This document shows, piece after piece, positions 32,245-44,200 of a DNA stretch of 64,000 bases. The stretch comes from Minisyncoccota bacterium (GTDB lineage: Bacteria > Patescibacteriota > Minisyncoccia > Phycocordibacterales > UBA1006). The stretch is taken from contig DASWYC010000002.1 of the NCBI GenBank assembly GCA_036405175.1, positions 403,714-467,713 of the forward strand. The letters are read 5' to 3'. The notes under the pieces were generated by a model. It saw only the letters and a list, made by a program, of their open reading frames with translations. It did no database searches and was not told the origin of the DNA. The position numbers and the translations under genes were made by a program. The first letter of the stretch is position 1. Each line of letters opens with the position of its first letter.

Positions 32245-35200
32245 ATTGTGTTGGTGGAGTTGGCGTGGCGCCAGTATCCCCTCCAGTTGATCCAGAATCT
32301 CCAGATCCACCAGTAGTTGAGCCTGAGTCACCACCAGTAGTTCCGGTAGTACCTGAACCTGATCCAGTATCACCGCTTGGCTGACTTCCAGAATCCCCTG
32401 TTCCAGTGTCACCAGATGGTGTTCCTGTATCGCCAGTTGACCCCGAATCTCCAGATGGAGTTCCAGAATTATCTCCTGTTCCTGAGCCACTTCCATCGCC
32501 ACTTGGGGCGCCTCCGTCAGTTGGAGGCGGAGTTGGTGTGCCACCTCCCCCATTTCCGTTATCTGCATTTACCTGCATACTCTTAAGTTTCATCAATTCG
32601 TCGCGAGTCACACAAACATCGTCAATACACAATTCTTTGGTTTCAACTTTATCTCCCTTAACGGTCTTAGCATAGAAGTCGGTAATTCCGTTTTCAACAT
32701 TTCCAAACCATGCAATCAAATTAGTTCTGAAGGTTGAAGTAATGTTTCCGATATCTTGAATTGCTTTTGTTAAGAGTGGAACCACGCGAGTATAATCAAC
32801 ACTCCACGTATTCTTAAGATCTCCCGCAGCAATACTTGCTGATGAGCTTCCTACATATACTGCATCTGGGAATACGGTTGCAAGCTGTTGTGCCAAGAAT
32901 CCGGTCTGGCGAGTATGTGTTGAATCATAAGTATACTCATAATCGCGAACTTGAATATTCATTACACTTTCAAGTGAATAACTGGTTTCATTAATATTCT
33001 GCTTAAGACGTACGTCCGACGGTGTTGCAATAGAACAAGTATTGGTTGCGTAGTTACAACTTACTCCCTGCATTGCAGTTCCTGATGCTTTTGAGAACAT
33101 AAGTGGCCATCCAGTCCCTGTTGTTGCATCAATACGAATATTTACTCCTCCTCCAGTTGAAGTAAGTGATGACGCTGTGTTATAAAACTGACTAAGATAA
33201 TTTGCAGCGGTGGTTGCAGTGTTATTCTTAACTTCGAGTGGCGCTGTTGCTGAACCAGTAGTAATTCCTCCTCCAATTCCTACATTTCCATTAGCGGCAA
33301 TTGACATTCGCAACGTACCAGTCGTGGTGGTGGTATTTATCGCAGTAAAGAAATCAATAGCAGTTGCAGCATTCATGAGCGAAGTTCCACCTCCAATAGA
33401 AAGTGAATTGAATAAATCTCCCGGATTTCCAAAGATCATCGCCATTGGCTCTTCTGCATTTGTATAATGATACGCACCAATACGCGCAGATTTAGCAGTT
33501 GTATTAGTACGACTTGTAGTTCCATTACCATCAGCTCCAAGCACCAAGGTAAGTGCTGATGAAGAAATATCAAGTCCTCCGTTTGTTGAAGATGGTGATG
33601 TGGTATTGATTCCCACATTTCCGTTATGATCAATACGCATACGTTCAGTTGTTGTAGTGGTAGTGTTTGCAGTAGTTGAGAATGTAAGTGCAGTTCCGCG
33701 AGCTGAAGCTGCAGTCCATGCTTCTGTTGCAACAGCAGTTACGTTTGCTCCAATATATTCAGCATAGGTAGAAGAATCAGTGGTTCCAAATTCAAGGCGC
33801 CCAACAGCAGCAGAGAGTGTTGCATTTCCGCTCGTGAATGAGCGAAGCATACGAGCAGTATTTGCTGATGATGAGTTAACTACCAAAGCAACGCTCGGTG
33901 CGGTTGTCCCAATTCCAACGTTTCCAGTTGTTCCATCAACATCAATTCCAACCGATGATCCATTATAGAGTTTAAGCCCATTACCTCGCAAACGAAGTGG
34001 CAAGTAAGCTGCTCCACTGCGGTTATATGCAAGGATTTCTCCTGATCCTCCTGTATAGCTCATTTCAAGACCTGAGCCTGATGCTGGCACATTGGCACTT
34101 ATTGTACGAATAGTTCCATTTGTATCAAGAGTTGCTCCCGGTGTGGTTATTCCAATTCCAAAGTTACTTCCATTGTTAATGTAACTGCTTCCTGAATATG
34201 GGAAGAACGCCCTATTAACACCCCCGTCAGTAACCGCAAGACCAGTACCACTTACATATGAATACCGATTATTTATGCCATCATATGCAAAGAAGTAGTT
34301 ATTAGTTGAACCATTACTTGCATATATTCCCCCTCCGGTAGAAGCAATAAAAATGTTTCCGTTTGATTGAGGAGTAAATGTTGTGTAATTTGATGCGTCA
34401 TATGACATTCGAGTAGTTCCTGTTACCTCTAATTTAGCACCAGGATTTGTAGCTCCAATTCCAACGTTTCCTCCACCGAGAACGGTCATGAGTGGATTTC
34501 CAATAGTATTGCTTACCTGAAGAATTAACTCACTGCTACCTAATGCAGTACGATTATTGCCACCATTGTGCTTATATCCGACAAGGTTAATAGCAGCTGT
34601 GGTTGGAGTTGAACCCCCATGATACCCCACAAGAGCAAATGGAGTTCCGGTATTAGACCCCCCAGCAGTAAACCCGGCCAGTTGAACACCTCCGGTCGTT
34701 CCTGAGTATGATGCCCATTGCCCTATAGTGTTCGCACTCAAACCAGGACTAAATACTGTACCTGAGTAATCCGGCAAGGCTACATCAGCATCCGAAATTC
34801 TGAATGCAGGATTCTGTCCTAGAGATGAGGCTACTTCGAGGTTTGCACTTGGTGTTGCTGTTCCAATTCCTACATTTCCATTACCCAGAACCGCTAATCT
34901 TGTTCCACCACTTAGAGAATATGCAGCATTCGTATGTGCACTTACCCAAGGAAGAACAGTGGTCATACTTGTATTGCTTGCAATAGCAGAAATCACCTGT
35001 GTTTCTCCATCACTAGTCATCGTGATAGTATCTCCTACCTTAAATATATTTTGAAATTGTGTACCTACACCGGTAATTGTTGTACCTCCAGCAGAGTTTG
35101 AAACAGTTCCAAGATCTGTCGTCCCCTGAACAACTTGAAGCTTAGTCACCGGAGCAGTTGTTCCGATTCCTACATTTCCTGAAGATGAAAGGGTTAAGAG

Positions 35201-38200
35201 ATTAATACCTGCATTAGGACTAGTGAATCTTACATCTTTCGCTCCACTAAATGTACCATTACCAAACTGAAGATAGTTTGCATTACTATCAGACGTATAC
35301 GCAAGATCTCCGGATGGAGTTTGAATATGGAATGTTTTTTGTGGACTCGTAGTACCAATACCGACTGACCCAGATTCAAAAATTGCCGCATAGTTATTTT
35401 GTGCTCCTGACGCAGAGGCATACAATCCAACATTGGTAAGTGCATTAGCTCCCGTTGAACGTGTTGCAGTGTTGTTGAAGTATCCAGCCCATGCAGTAAG
35501 TGCGCCAGCCGTGGTATTGAATGTTGAGCCCGGATTGCTACTTTCAAATGTTATACGGTTTGCAGTTTGAGCGGTAATTACATCAGAAACATCCAACTTA
35601 GCACTTGGATTAACTGTTCCTACTCCAATATCTCTTCCGCCTACCCAAAGTGTACTTCCATTGCTGTTTCTCAAATCTGCGAGTACATGGCTCGTTGATG
35701 CTCCTGAATCAACAATGAAACGTGCGTTGTTTGGTGAACCTTCAATCGCGTTAGTTCCACTAATCTTAAGTCCACTATCTACAATTTCTAACTTCTTAGC
35801 AGGCGCCGCTGTTCCAAGTCCCATATAGCCACCACTGGTTAAGGTTAACAAGTTACCACTGTTAAGATCGCCGCTCGTTCCAATCTTGAATTTATCTGAG
35901 TCGCTATTATCAATTCCCATGGTGTAACGTGTTGAGCTCGTAAGCAAGAAGTGCATTGAAGCATCTCCCGTTCCACTTTGTTCAATCGTAATTCCGTTGG
36001 CAGTACTCGTTGCGGTATTTGATTCAGAAACATGGAAGCGTGATGAAGCAACCGCTGGACCAAGTGCGAGATTACCGCTTGCAAGAATCATCGCATCCGT
36101 ACCTCCACTATTCTGGAAACGAATCCCTGCATTTGCTGAATAAATAACCAAACCTCCGCTTGTTGCAGCTGAAGTTTGAAGGACCATTGAGTCTGCCCAA
36201 CCAGATACGCCGGTATAGGCTCCACTTGTTGCAGAAATGAGTCCGCTTGCACTGTCGCTATTAAAACTCATGATTGCTCGTGCAGCTGTTCCGGTATTTG
36301 GGTTGCTGAGGACTATATCACCATCACCATTTACATCTTCACGAACATTCAACTTAACAGTCCCAGGACTATTCATTCCGATTCCAACATTTCCTGTTCC
36401 TTGCCCAGCAAGAATAACATTACCGTTATATTGGAATTCAAGTGCAGCACCTGAGTTAAGGAAGGTATCTGCATCGTTATTTGCAACAAATCCAAATTGT
36501 GCATTTGCAGAAGAACCGTTATTGAACGAACTACTCATCTTGAATGAGGTTGCTCCGGCCACCGTAGTTGGAACATTAGTGAGCAACAATCCTCCTCGGT
36601 ATGCGGTTGAGCCTGATGTACGAATTTGTGCGTAGTTACCGTAGCCTGCCGCAGCACCTGTTACTACATCGAATACGTTATTAGGTGAGGTTGTCCCTAC
36701 TCCAACATTATTATTTGCAAGCACAGTAAGAGCTCCATTTGATGTTCCTCCTCCATCCAAGTAAAGTGCTCCAGCTGCGCGAACACGCATAGTAGTTTCA
36801 CCATTAAGAGTGTAAATTGCACCGGTTTCTGTTCCATCATCACGGAAACGCAATACAGTATTAGCAGTACCAGTTCCATTAAGACTCAATTGGTCCCCTG
36901 TGCCTGAAACAACTGAGAGCTTTGCAACGGTTGGATTTATATCTCCGAGTCCTGTATTTCCTCCCTGGATACGCATTGCTTCTGCAAATCCAGAACTTGC
37001 GAGTCCATTGGTTGTTGTTCCAAAGCGAAGTGCTGACCCTGTCTTGGTATAGATAGCTGGATCTGCTGCTGAGTTAGCAAGCATAGTAATTGGCGCATTA
37101 CCGTTTGCATCCACTGATGACATTACTTCTCCACTTGCGGTATACACATGAAGTTTATTAGCTGGACTAGTGGTTCCAATTCCAGCACTTCCTGCAACAT
37201 ATACTGAACCCATTCCAACCTTCGCATCTGGCACAGTATCAATAGTTGTTCCGGTTACTGAGAATCTAAACGCTCCATATTCTCCACTTACATTTCCATT
37301 AGGATAATATCCAAAATCTCCCCATCCAACACCAGCACCATTAAATCGAATATTTCCAGATGATTCGTTTGCAGTATACCCAGTAGTGCTTTCTGCTGGA
37401 GCAGCATTAGTACCTGAGCCAATGAACAAACCTACTGTATTCTTTGGAGACAAGAATGATGGAGCTGAACTCGTTGAATTATTTAATACCCCACTTGAAT
37501 AGACGCTAAATGCATCAGTTGCAGCATTAATTTGAAGTGATCGTGTGGGCGTAGAGGTTCCAATTCCAACATCTCCATTAAAATATGAATTCAAATCAGA
37601 CTTGAGTACAAAATTTGAATTTGCTTCAGACTGTGCACGTCCATTGGTAACAAATGCAAGATATCCATTTGTTTGATTTGCAGCTATATATGAGGGTCCT
37701 GTGTTGCGGGTAAACATCAAAGTGGTTCCTTCAAGTTGTGCACTAAATCCTCCACTTGCAACTTCAAGAGTTGCAGTTGGCCCTGCCGTTCCGATTCCAA
37801 CCTTTCCGTTTGCCTGAACACGCATAATTTCTGAACCTGAAACAAACCAACGTTGAACCGTATTGTTTGCATTATTGTTTGAAACTTCAACGCGCAAACC
37901 GTTTGATGATGTTCCAGTATCGGTGTTAGTAAAGGTAGATACATAGCCCCCAGCAATACCCTTTTCAACGTGAAGAGGTGAAGAAGGCGTAGTTGTTCCG
38001 ATTCCAATATTACCTGAATCAAGGATTCTCAAACGCTCACCTCCTGCATTACGGAATACAAATGGTAATCCACCTGTACTATATGCGGTTGAGATACCCG
38101 CAAGACCATTTGCCTGATCCACAAAGAGTCCAACACGTCTATTATTGGTACCGTCGTTAATACCAACACCATACGCAGCAGCACCTGCTGATGTTTGAAC

Positions 38201-41200
38201 GTTAAGGACTTGAGGATTAAGTGATACACCTGCTCCGTCAATAATAGGAAGATTATTTCCAGCTCCAACATGAAGAGGTGCGAATGGTGCGCTGTTTCCA
38301 ATTCCAACATTTCCAGTTGTTCCAACAATGCGCATACGCTCAGTGAGTGCAGTATCGGTTGTGACTGCACGAGTTGAGAACGCAAGATCTCCAACGGTAT
38401 TTGTTCCACCGTTTGTTAAGAGCCCTTTAATCGCAGCATATCCAAGTGATCCAGCCGTTACTGATTGAGCATTTCCAAATGTAATTGCTCCTCCTGAACC
38501 GGCAGTTGCAACGTTACCGTTAAGTGCAAGAACTGATCCACGTGCCCCAGCATCAGTCATTGCGGCGGTGAGCTGTGTAGTTCCATAATTTTCAACTCCG
38601 GCACTTGGCGTAGTGGTTCCAAATCCAACTTCACCAGTAGAGTCAATTACCATTCGTGCCACAGCATCAGTATTGTCGTAAATTGAGAAGTTTGCTGATG
38701 AATCAATTCCAAGACCATAGGTTCGAGACGTCTGCGAAGAGGCCTGAAGTGTGAGTGCATTGTTTGATGCAGCTCCTGTATTGATTTGAAGTTTTCCGGT
38801 TGAAGGAGTTGCGGTTCCAACTCCAACATTTCCATCAGTCACCACGAAGAATGGCGTGGTATTGAGGTTGTCCGCAATACGGAGCAAAGATGCATCGCTA
38901 CCACTATTACCTCCAGTAATCAACATTCCTGTTGCGGTTCCTCCTCCGTTACTAATATGAAGATTGTAAACAGAATTAGAAGATGCACTAATATGCAAGT
39001 TTGAGTCAGGCGTTGTTGTTCCGATTCCAACTTTTCCAGTATTATCAATAATTAATTGATTAGGACTTGCCCATGTACCAAAGACAAGGTTATCTGCAGC
39101 AGAGATTGTAATAGCTCTATCAGTCATACTTGTTCTACTCAAACGGAGATGCCCACCAGTATCATCTGCTATATGCAACTTGCCTCCTGGAGCACTGGTT
39201 CCAATTCCAACATTTCCCTGATCAAAGATCGCTGCGTAATTAAGCTGAGCACCTGATGCAGAAGCGTAGAGTCCAACGTTAGTTAGCTGATTAGCACCCG
39301 TTGAACGTGTTGCGGTGTTATTGAAATATCCAGTCCATGTAGTAAGCGCACCTGCTGTAGTATTGAACGTTGAGCCAGGGTTGCTACTTTCAAATATCAT
39401 GCGGTTTGCTGTTTGTCCTGTAGCGACTTCAGAAACATCAAGTTTAGCTCCCGCTGTGGTAGTTCCAATTCCAACATTTCCTCCACTTGCTTGAAGGCTC
39501 AAATCATACGCGGTTGCAGTTCCATCAACGCGTCCTGCTTGAATCCATCCTTTTCCACTAGCGCCAACTCCAAAGTTGATTCCATAAAGACGATTATCGT
39601 TTGATACTGTGAGCCCAACAGCAGCTCCCGATCCAAGTGTCATGTTTTCTGCATTTGCTGCTGCAGAAATCTGAAGACGTGAAGAAGGAGCGTTTGTCCC
39701 AATTCCAATTCCAACGTTTCCACTACTATCAATTAACATTCTTGTTGAACCAGTTGTTGTGGTTGTGTTTGCTGCAGTACTAAAGAAAAGAGTGGTTGCG
39801 GTGTTCATGCTTGAGGTTCCACCTCCAATAACAACATTGTTTGCACCCGCAGAACTTGAGGCAACAATAATAGCGAGAGGTTCTTCTGCATTAGTAGCAT
39901 GAGGTACTCCAATACGGGCTTCCTTAGTGGCTCCGTTGGTTCGTGTTGTATTAGAACCATCAGCTCCCACAATCAAACCAATTCCTCCTGATGCAATATC
40001 AAGCCCTCCATTAGTGGTAGTTGGTGAATTAGTTCCAATTCCCAAGCGACCATTGGTGTCATCCCAGAAAAACTTACCATTGTTTTGTGAAAGTGTTCCA
40101 CCTGATCCAGCAAACACTACTGATCCTTGCGTGAAACCAGTTGGTGTAATGTTTCCATTGAAAGTTGTTGCATATACGTTTGCGTAACGCTTAAGAGCTG
40201 ATCCAAGGTTATTAGCATTGTCAGAAGCTGGCCCAACGTTTCCTGAAACTTCAAGCTTGAAGGTTGTTGGAGTAGAGGTTCCAATCCCCACATTTCCACC
40301 AAAGTCATTAATTACCAAATTCCCCCCACTTGCTTGACCTCCATTATTTACCTGCATACGGTAGTAGGTATCACCCGTTGCTGCGCCTGAAGAGAACTGC
40401 ATTGATGTTCCTGTAGAGTTGATAAGGAAATCATTGTTCATAAGGGTAAGCGAACCTGATTGCCCTGATGCATTTCTAATATCTACACGACGCAATATTC
40501 CACTACCTGATACTCCAATTCCCACATTACTAAAACTGTTAATGCGCATTGCTTCGGTCATTACTCCTGCACTTGTTTGTGATGAAAGCTGTAAATAACC
40601 CGATGGACTTCCTGGTGTTCCATTCTCTTTACGTCCTGCAATAGATGCAAATGCGCCTACTACTCCCGAAGCAACCTGTCCTCCAAAACCAAGAGAGCCT
40701 CCTTTATCTCCTGCCTGCGAATCACTTGATTCAATAAATGCAATATTGTTTCCGGAGGCGGTAGTAGCGTTTGGAGCTTGAACGTCAAACTTTGAACCAT
40801 TGTTCATGGTCGTTGTTCCAATTGCAAAATTACCAGCAAAGTAGGATTGTCCTCCAGCTGAGTAGATTGAGTAATTAGTTGTTCCTGCAGTTTGATTATC
40901 AAGATACAAACCATATGCCGTTCCAATCGTTCCTCCTCCAGTATTATTTACGTTACGTGCCCACAATGAACGAGCGTTAGTAATTGCTCCACTTCCAGTG
41001 TTATTAACTCGTCCTGCAACCCCCGTCGCTGTTCCAAGTGTTACATTGCCAGCATGAGAAACATACCCATACAATGAGCGAAGATCCATATTGGTCATAT
41101 CTTGATTTTCAGCAGGATCCGTATAAAGTGCGTAGAGCGTGTTGTATCCAAAATTAACTCCACTTGCACGTGCACCGGTCATATCAAAAACTGGACTGAA

Positions 41201-44200
41201 TTGATTTGCAACAAATGAATCACTAGCAGAATATGCATTTGGATTAAACTGAATAGTTGGAGAATTTTTAATTGCGAAGAGGTGTGATGTGGCATCATTT
41301 GGGTCAAGTGTTGAAGTATTAAATACCATGCTTGGTGTCTGATACAGTGCACCGCTTGCATCAATTGCAAGTTTTGTGTTTGCGTTTGCATCTTTCCACT
41401 GCTGCAAGTCACCTGTTTGTCCAGTTGTTCCACCTACAATCAATCCAACGGTTCCAGAAGCGGCAGTCTTTACCTCAAGCTGAGCCCCTGGAGTTTGTGT
41501 TCCAATTCCAACCGTACCAGTCTCAGTAACACGCATACGCTCTGCACTGTTGGTAACAATGAGCAATGGATTGGCTTGATACGTGATAATATACGCCTTT
41601 TCACGGTATACGGCAGCAGTTGCATTTGCATTCCCGTATCCAACAGACATTCTCTGAACACCAGCATCATCAAAGTATCGCATCGATGAAAAACCTGTAT
41701 CGTTTGTATTCTGTACAGCTAGAGGTACTGACCCAGGAGCATTAGCGACAACATGAAGTGCATATGCTGGAGTAGTAGTTCCAATTCCAACGTTTCCGGC
41801 GCTCGTATCAACAACAAATTGATTAGAGTTCACTACAAAGTCTCCAGCTCCAGAAAGACTTACATTTAGGTTTTGCCCAGCTGCAGGAGTCACGGTAAGT
41901 GCACCTGATGAAATAATTGCTGGTGTTGAAATATTTGTTGTGAATACCGGAGTTGTTCCAAATACCAAAGCACCGGTTCCAGTCTCGTCTGAAATCTGTG
42001 TTGCAATACCTGACGAGAGTGTTGTGGCAGTAAATGCACTTGCACCGTTACCAATCACAATACCTGTAAGTCCGGTTGTGCCAGTTCCTCCTTGATCAAC
42101 GCCCACGGTTCCTGTTGAAGTAAGATTTTTTGACGCATCAGTAAATACAACCTTACTTGCAGTAAGTCCTGAGAAGTTAATGGTTCCACTTGAGCTAATT
42201 CCGGTTGCTGCTGAAATTGCCCCAGAAGAGTTTACCTGGAATTGAGATGATGAACCTACTGAGAAATAACCTGAAGGCGATGTTGTCCCTACTCCAACGT
42301 TCCCATTATTGAGAATAGTGATTCTTGGTGAAGAATTTACTCCAAATTGAAGTGCAGTATTTCCATGAAGAACCATTGCATCAGCAATTTCACCCGAAGG
42401 AAATATTGTTGATCCTCCAACATATCCAACGTATCCTCGAAGTGCATTACTTTCATGGAAGCCAACTCCCCCAGCTACATGACTACTATTTAGCTTTACT
42501 GTTATATAACTACTAAAAGCACTTGAAATATTTAATGGCGCTGTTACATCAGGAGTAGTCCCAATTCCAACATTTCCGGTAAAGCTTCCAGTACCCGCAA
42601 CGGTAAGTTTTTGCGCAGCAGAAGTTGTTCCGATTCCAACATTTCCACTTACATCAACAATGAATGGAGTTGAATCTGCGTAGGTTCCATCATCATTCAC
42701 ACGAAGTGCGTATGCGTTAGTTCCGGTTGAGCTGGTTGTTAGATTGAGCGCAGTGTTATCTGCAGCACTTGTTCCAGTAATTCCTATTGAAAGCGCTGAG
42801 CCTGATCCCATTCCTCCCCAATTCCATGTTTGTGTGTAAATGGTGTTATCGATTGAATTAGATGCAACTGCTGGAGTAAGTGCTGAGATTGGCGATGTTC
42901 CTGCGCCCCACATTGGTACACCACTATTCACCATGAGTACTTGTGATCCTGATCCGATTGGAAGACGAATGTAATCAGTTCCGTTGTAGTACATCATGTC
43001 TCCATTTGCATCTGAGCCCAATTGAATCTTGGTTCCATCAACAGCATTATTTGCAATTTTTTGCGTTGTAACGTTAAGGTCTGCGATCTTTGGTGTGGTC
43101 ACTGCTCCATCCTGAATCTTAATGGTGGTTACCGCATCGGTTGCGAGTTTGATTGCAGTAACAGCAAAATCCGCAAGTTTTGCGGTTGTTACATTGCTGT
43201 CTAAAATCTTTGCGGTAATCACAGAGTCTGCCGCAAGCTTTCCTGCAGTGATTGCAAGGTCATCAATTTTTGCAGTAGTAACATTCAAGTCTTTAATCTT
43301 TACCGTCTCAACAGCATCGGTTGCAAGTTTAATTGCGGTTACTGCTCCATCTGCAATTTTTTGCGTTGTGATGTTAAGATCTGCAATTTTTGCAGTAGTA
43401 ACATTCTGATCTAAAATTTTTCCGGTTGTAATTGCATTATTTGAAATGGTGAATACTCCGCCGGTTGTAATGGTTGCATCACCACTCATGGTTGCAGTAA
43501 TCAAATTACTTGAAGCATCGGTGAACACCATACTTGATGGTGAAAGTCCGGTGAGGGTAAGTGTTCCGCTTGCGTTAATAGTGTTTGCAATTACGTTTCC
43601 ATTTGAATCAACCTGGAACTGTGAAGTTGTCCCCACTGAGAATGTTGAGGCTGGCGTATCAGTCCCCACACCAACGCGCTGATTTTGTGTATCAACATTG
43701 AGTACCGTTGCAAGCCCACCTGCAGTTAAGAACTGGAATGTGTCTGTTCGATTACTCTGTGGAACAAACAACCCCTGAGGTGTTGTTCCATTAAATCCAA
43801 ATGTTGTTACACCAGCAGATGAAACAGAGTTTGTATTCTCATTTCCTCCATCGTACTGAACACGCAACTGTGGTGCTGATGTTGAGGTGATCGTAATTGA
43901 GTTTGAGTTAGTGATTCCTCCTGCATATACGTTTCCTGAATTATCAACGCGATAGAGCACGGTATCTCCTGCTGCATTCCAATAGGTAATAAAATCTCCT
44001 GATGGTGCAACATCTGTTGCACGCTGTGCATTAAGCAATACATTACCGTTTGCATTTTGTTTCAGCGCAAGTGTTGTGCCAGTAGTGTTGGCGTTAATAC
44101 CAATGCGCCCATCTGCAAATACAGTGAGTCCAGAATCTGCACTATTGTTTGCCTGTATACGTGCAACAACACCAGATGTTGATGATCCGGTGTTGGCTAC

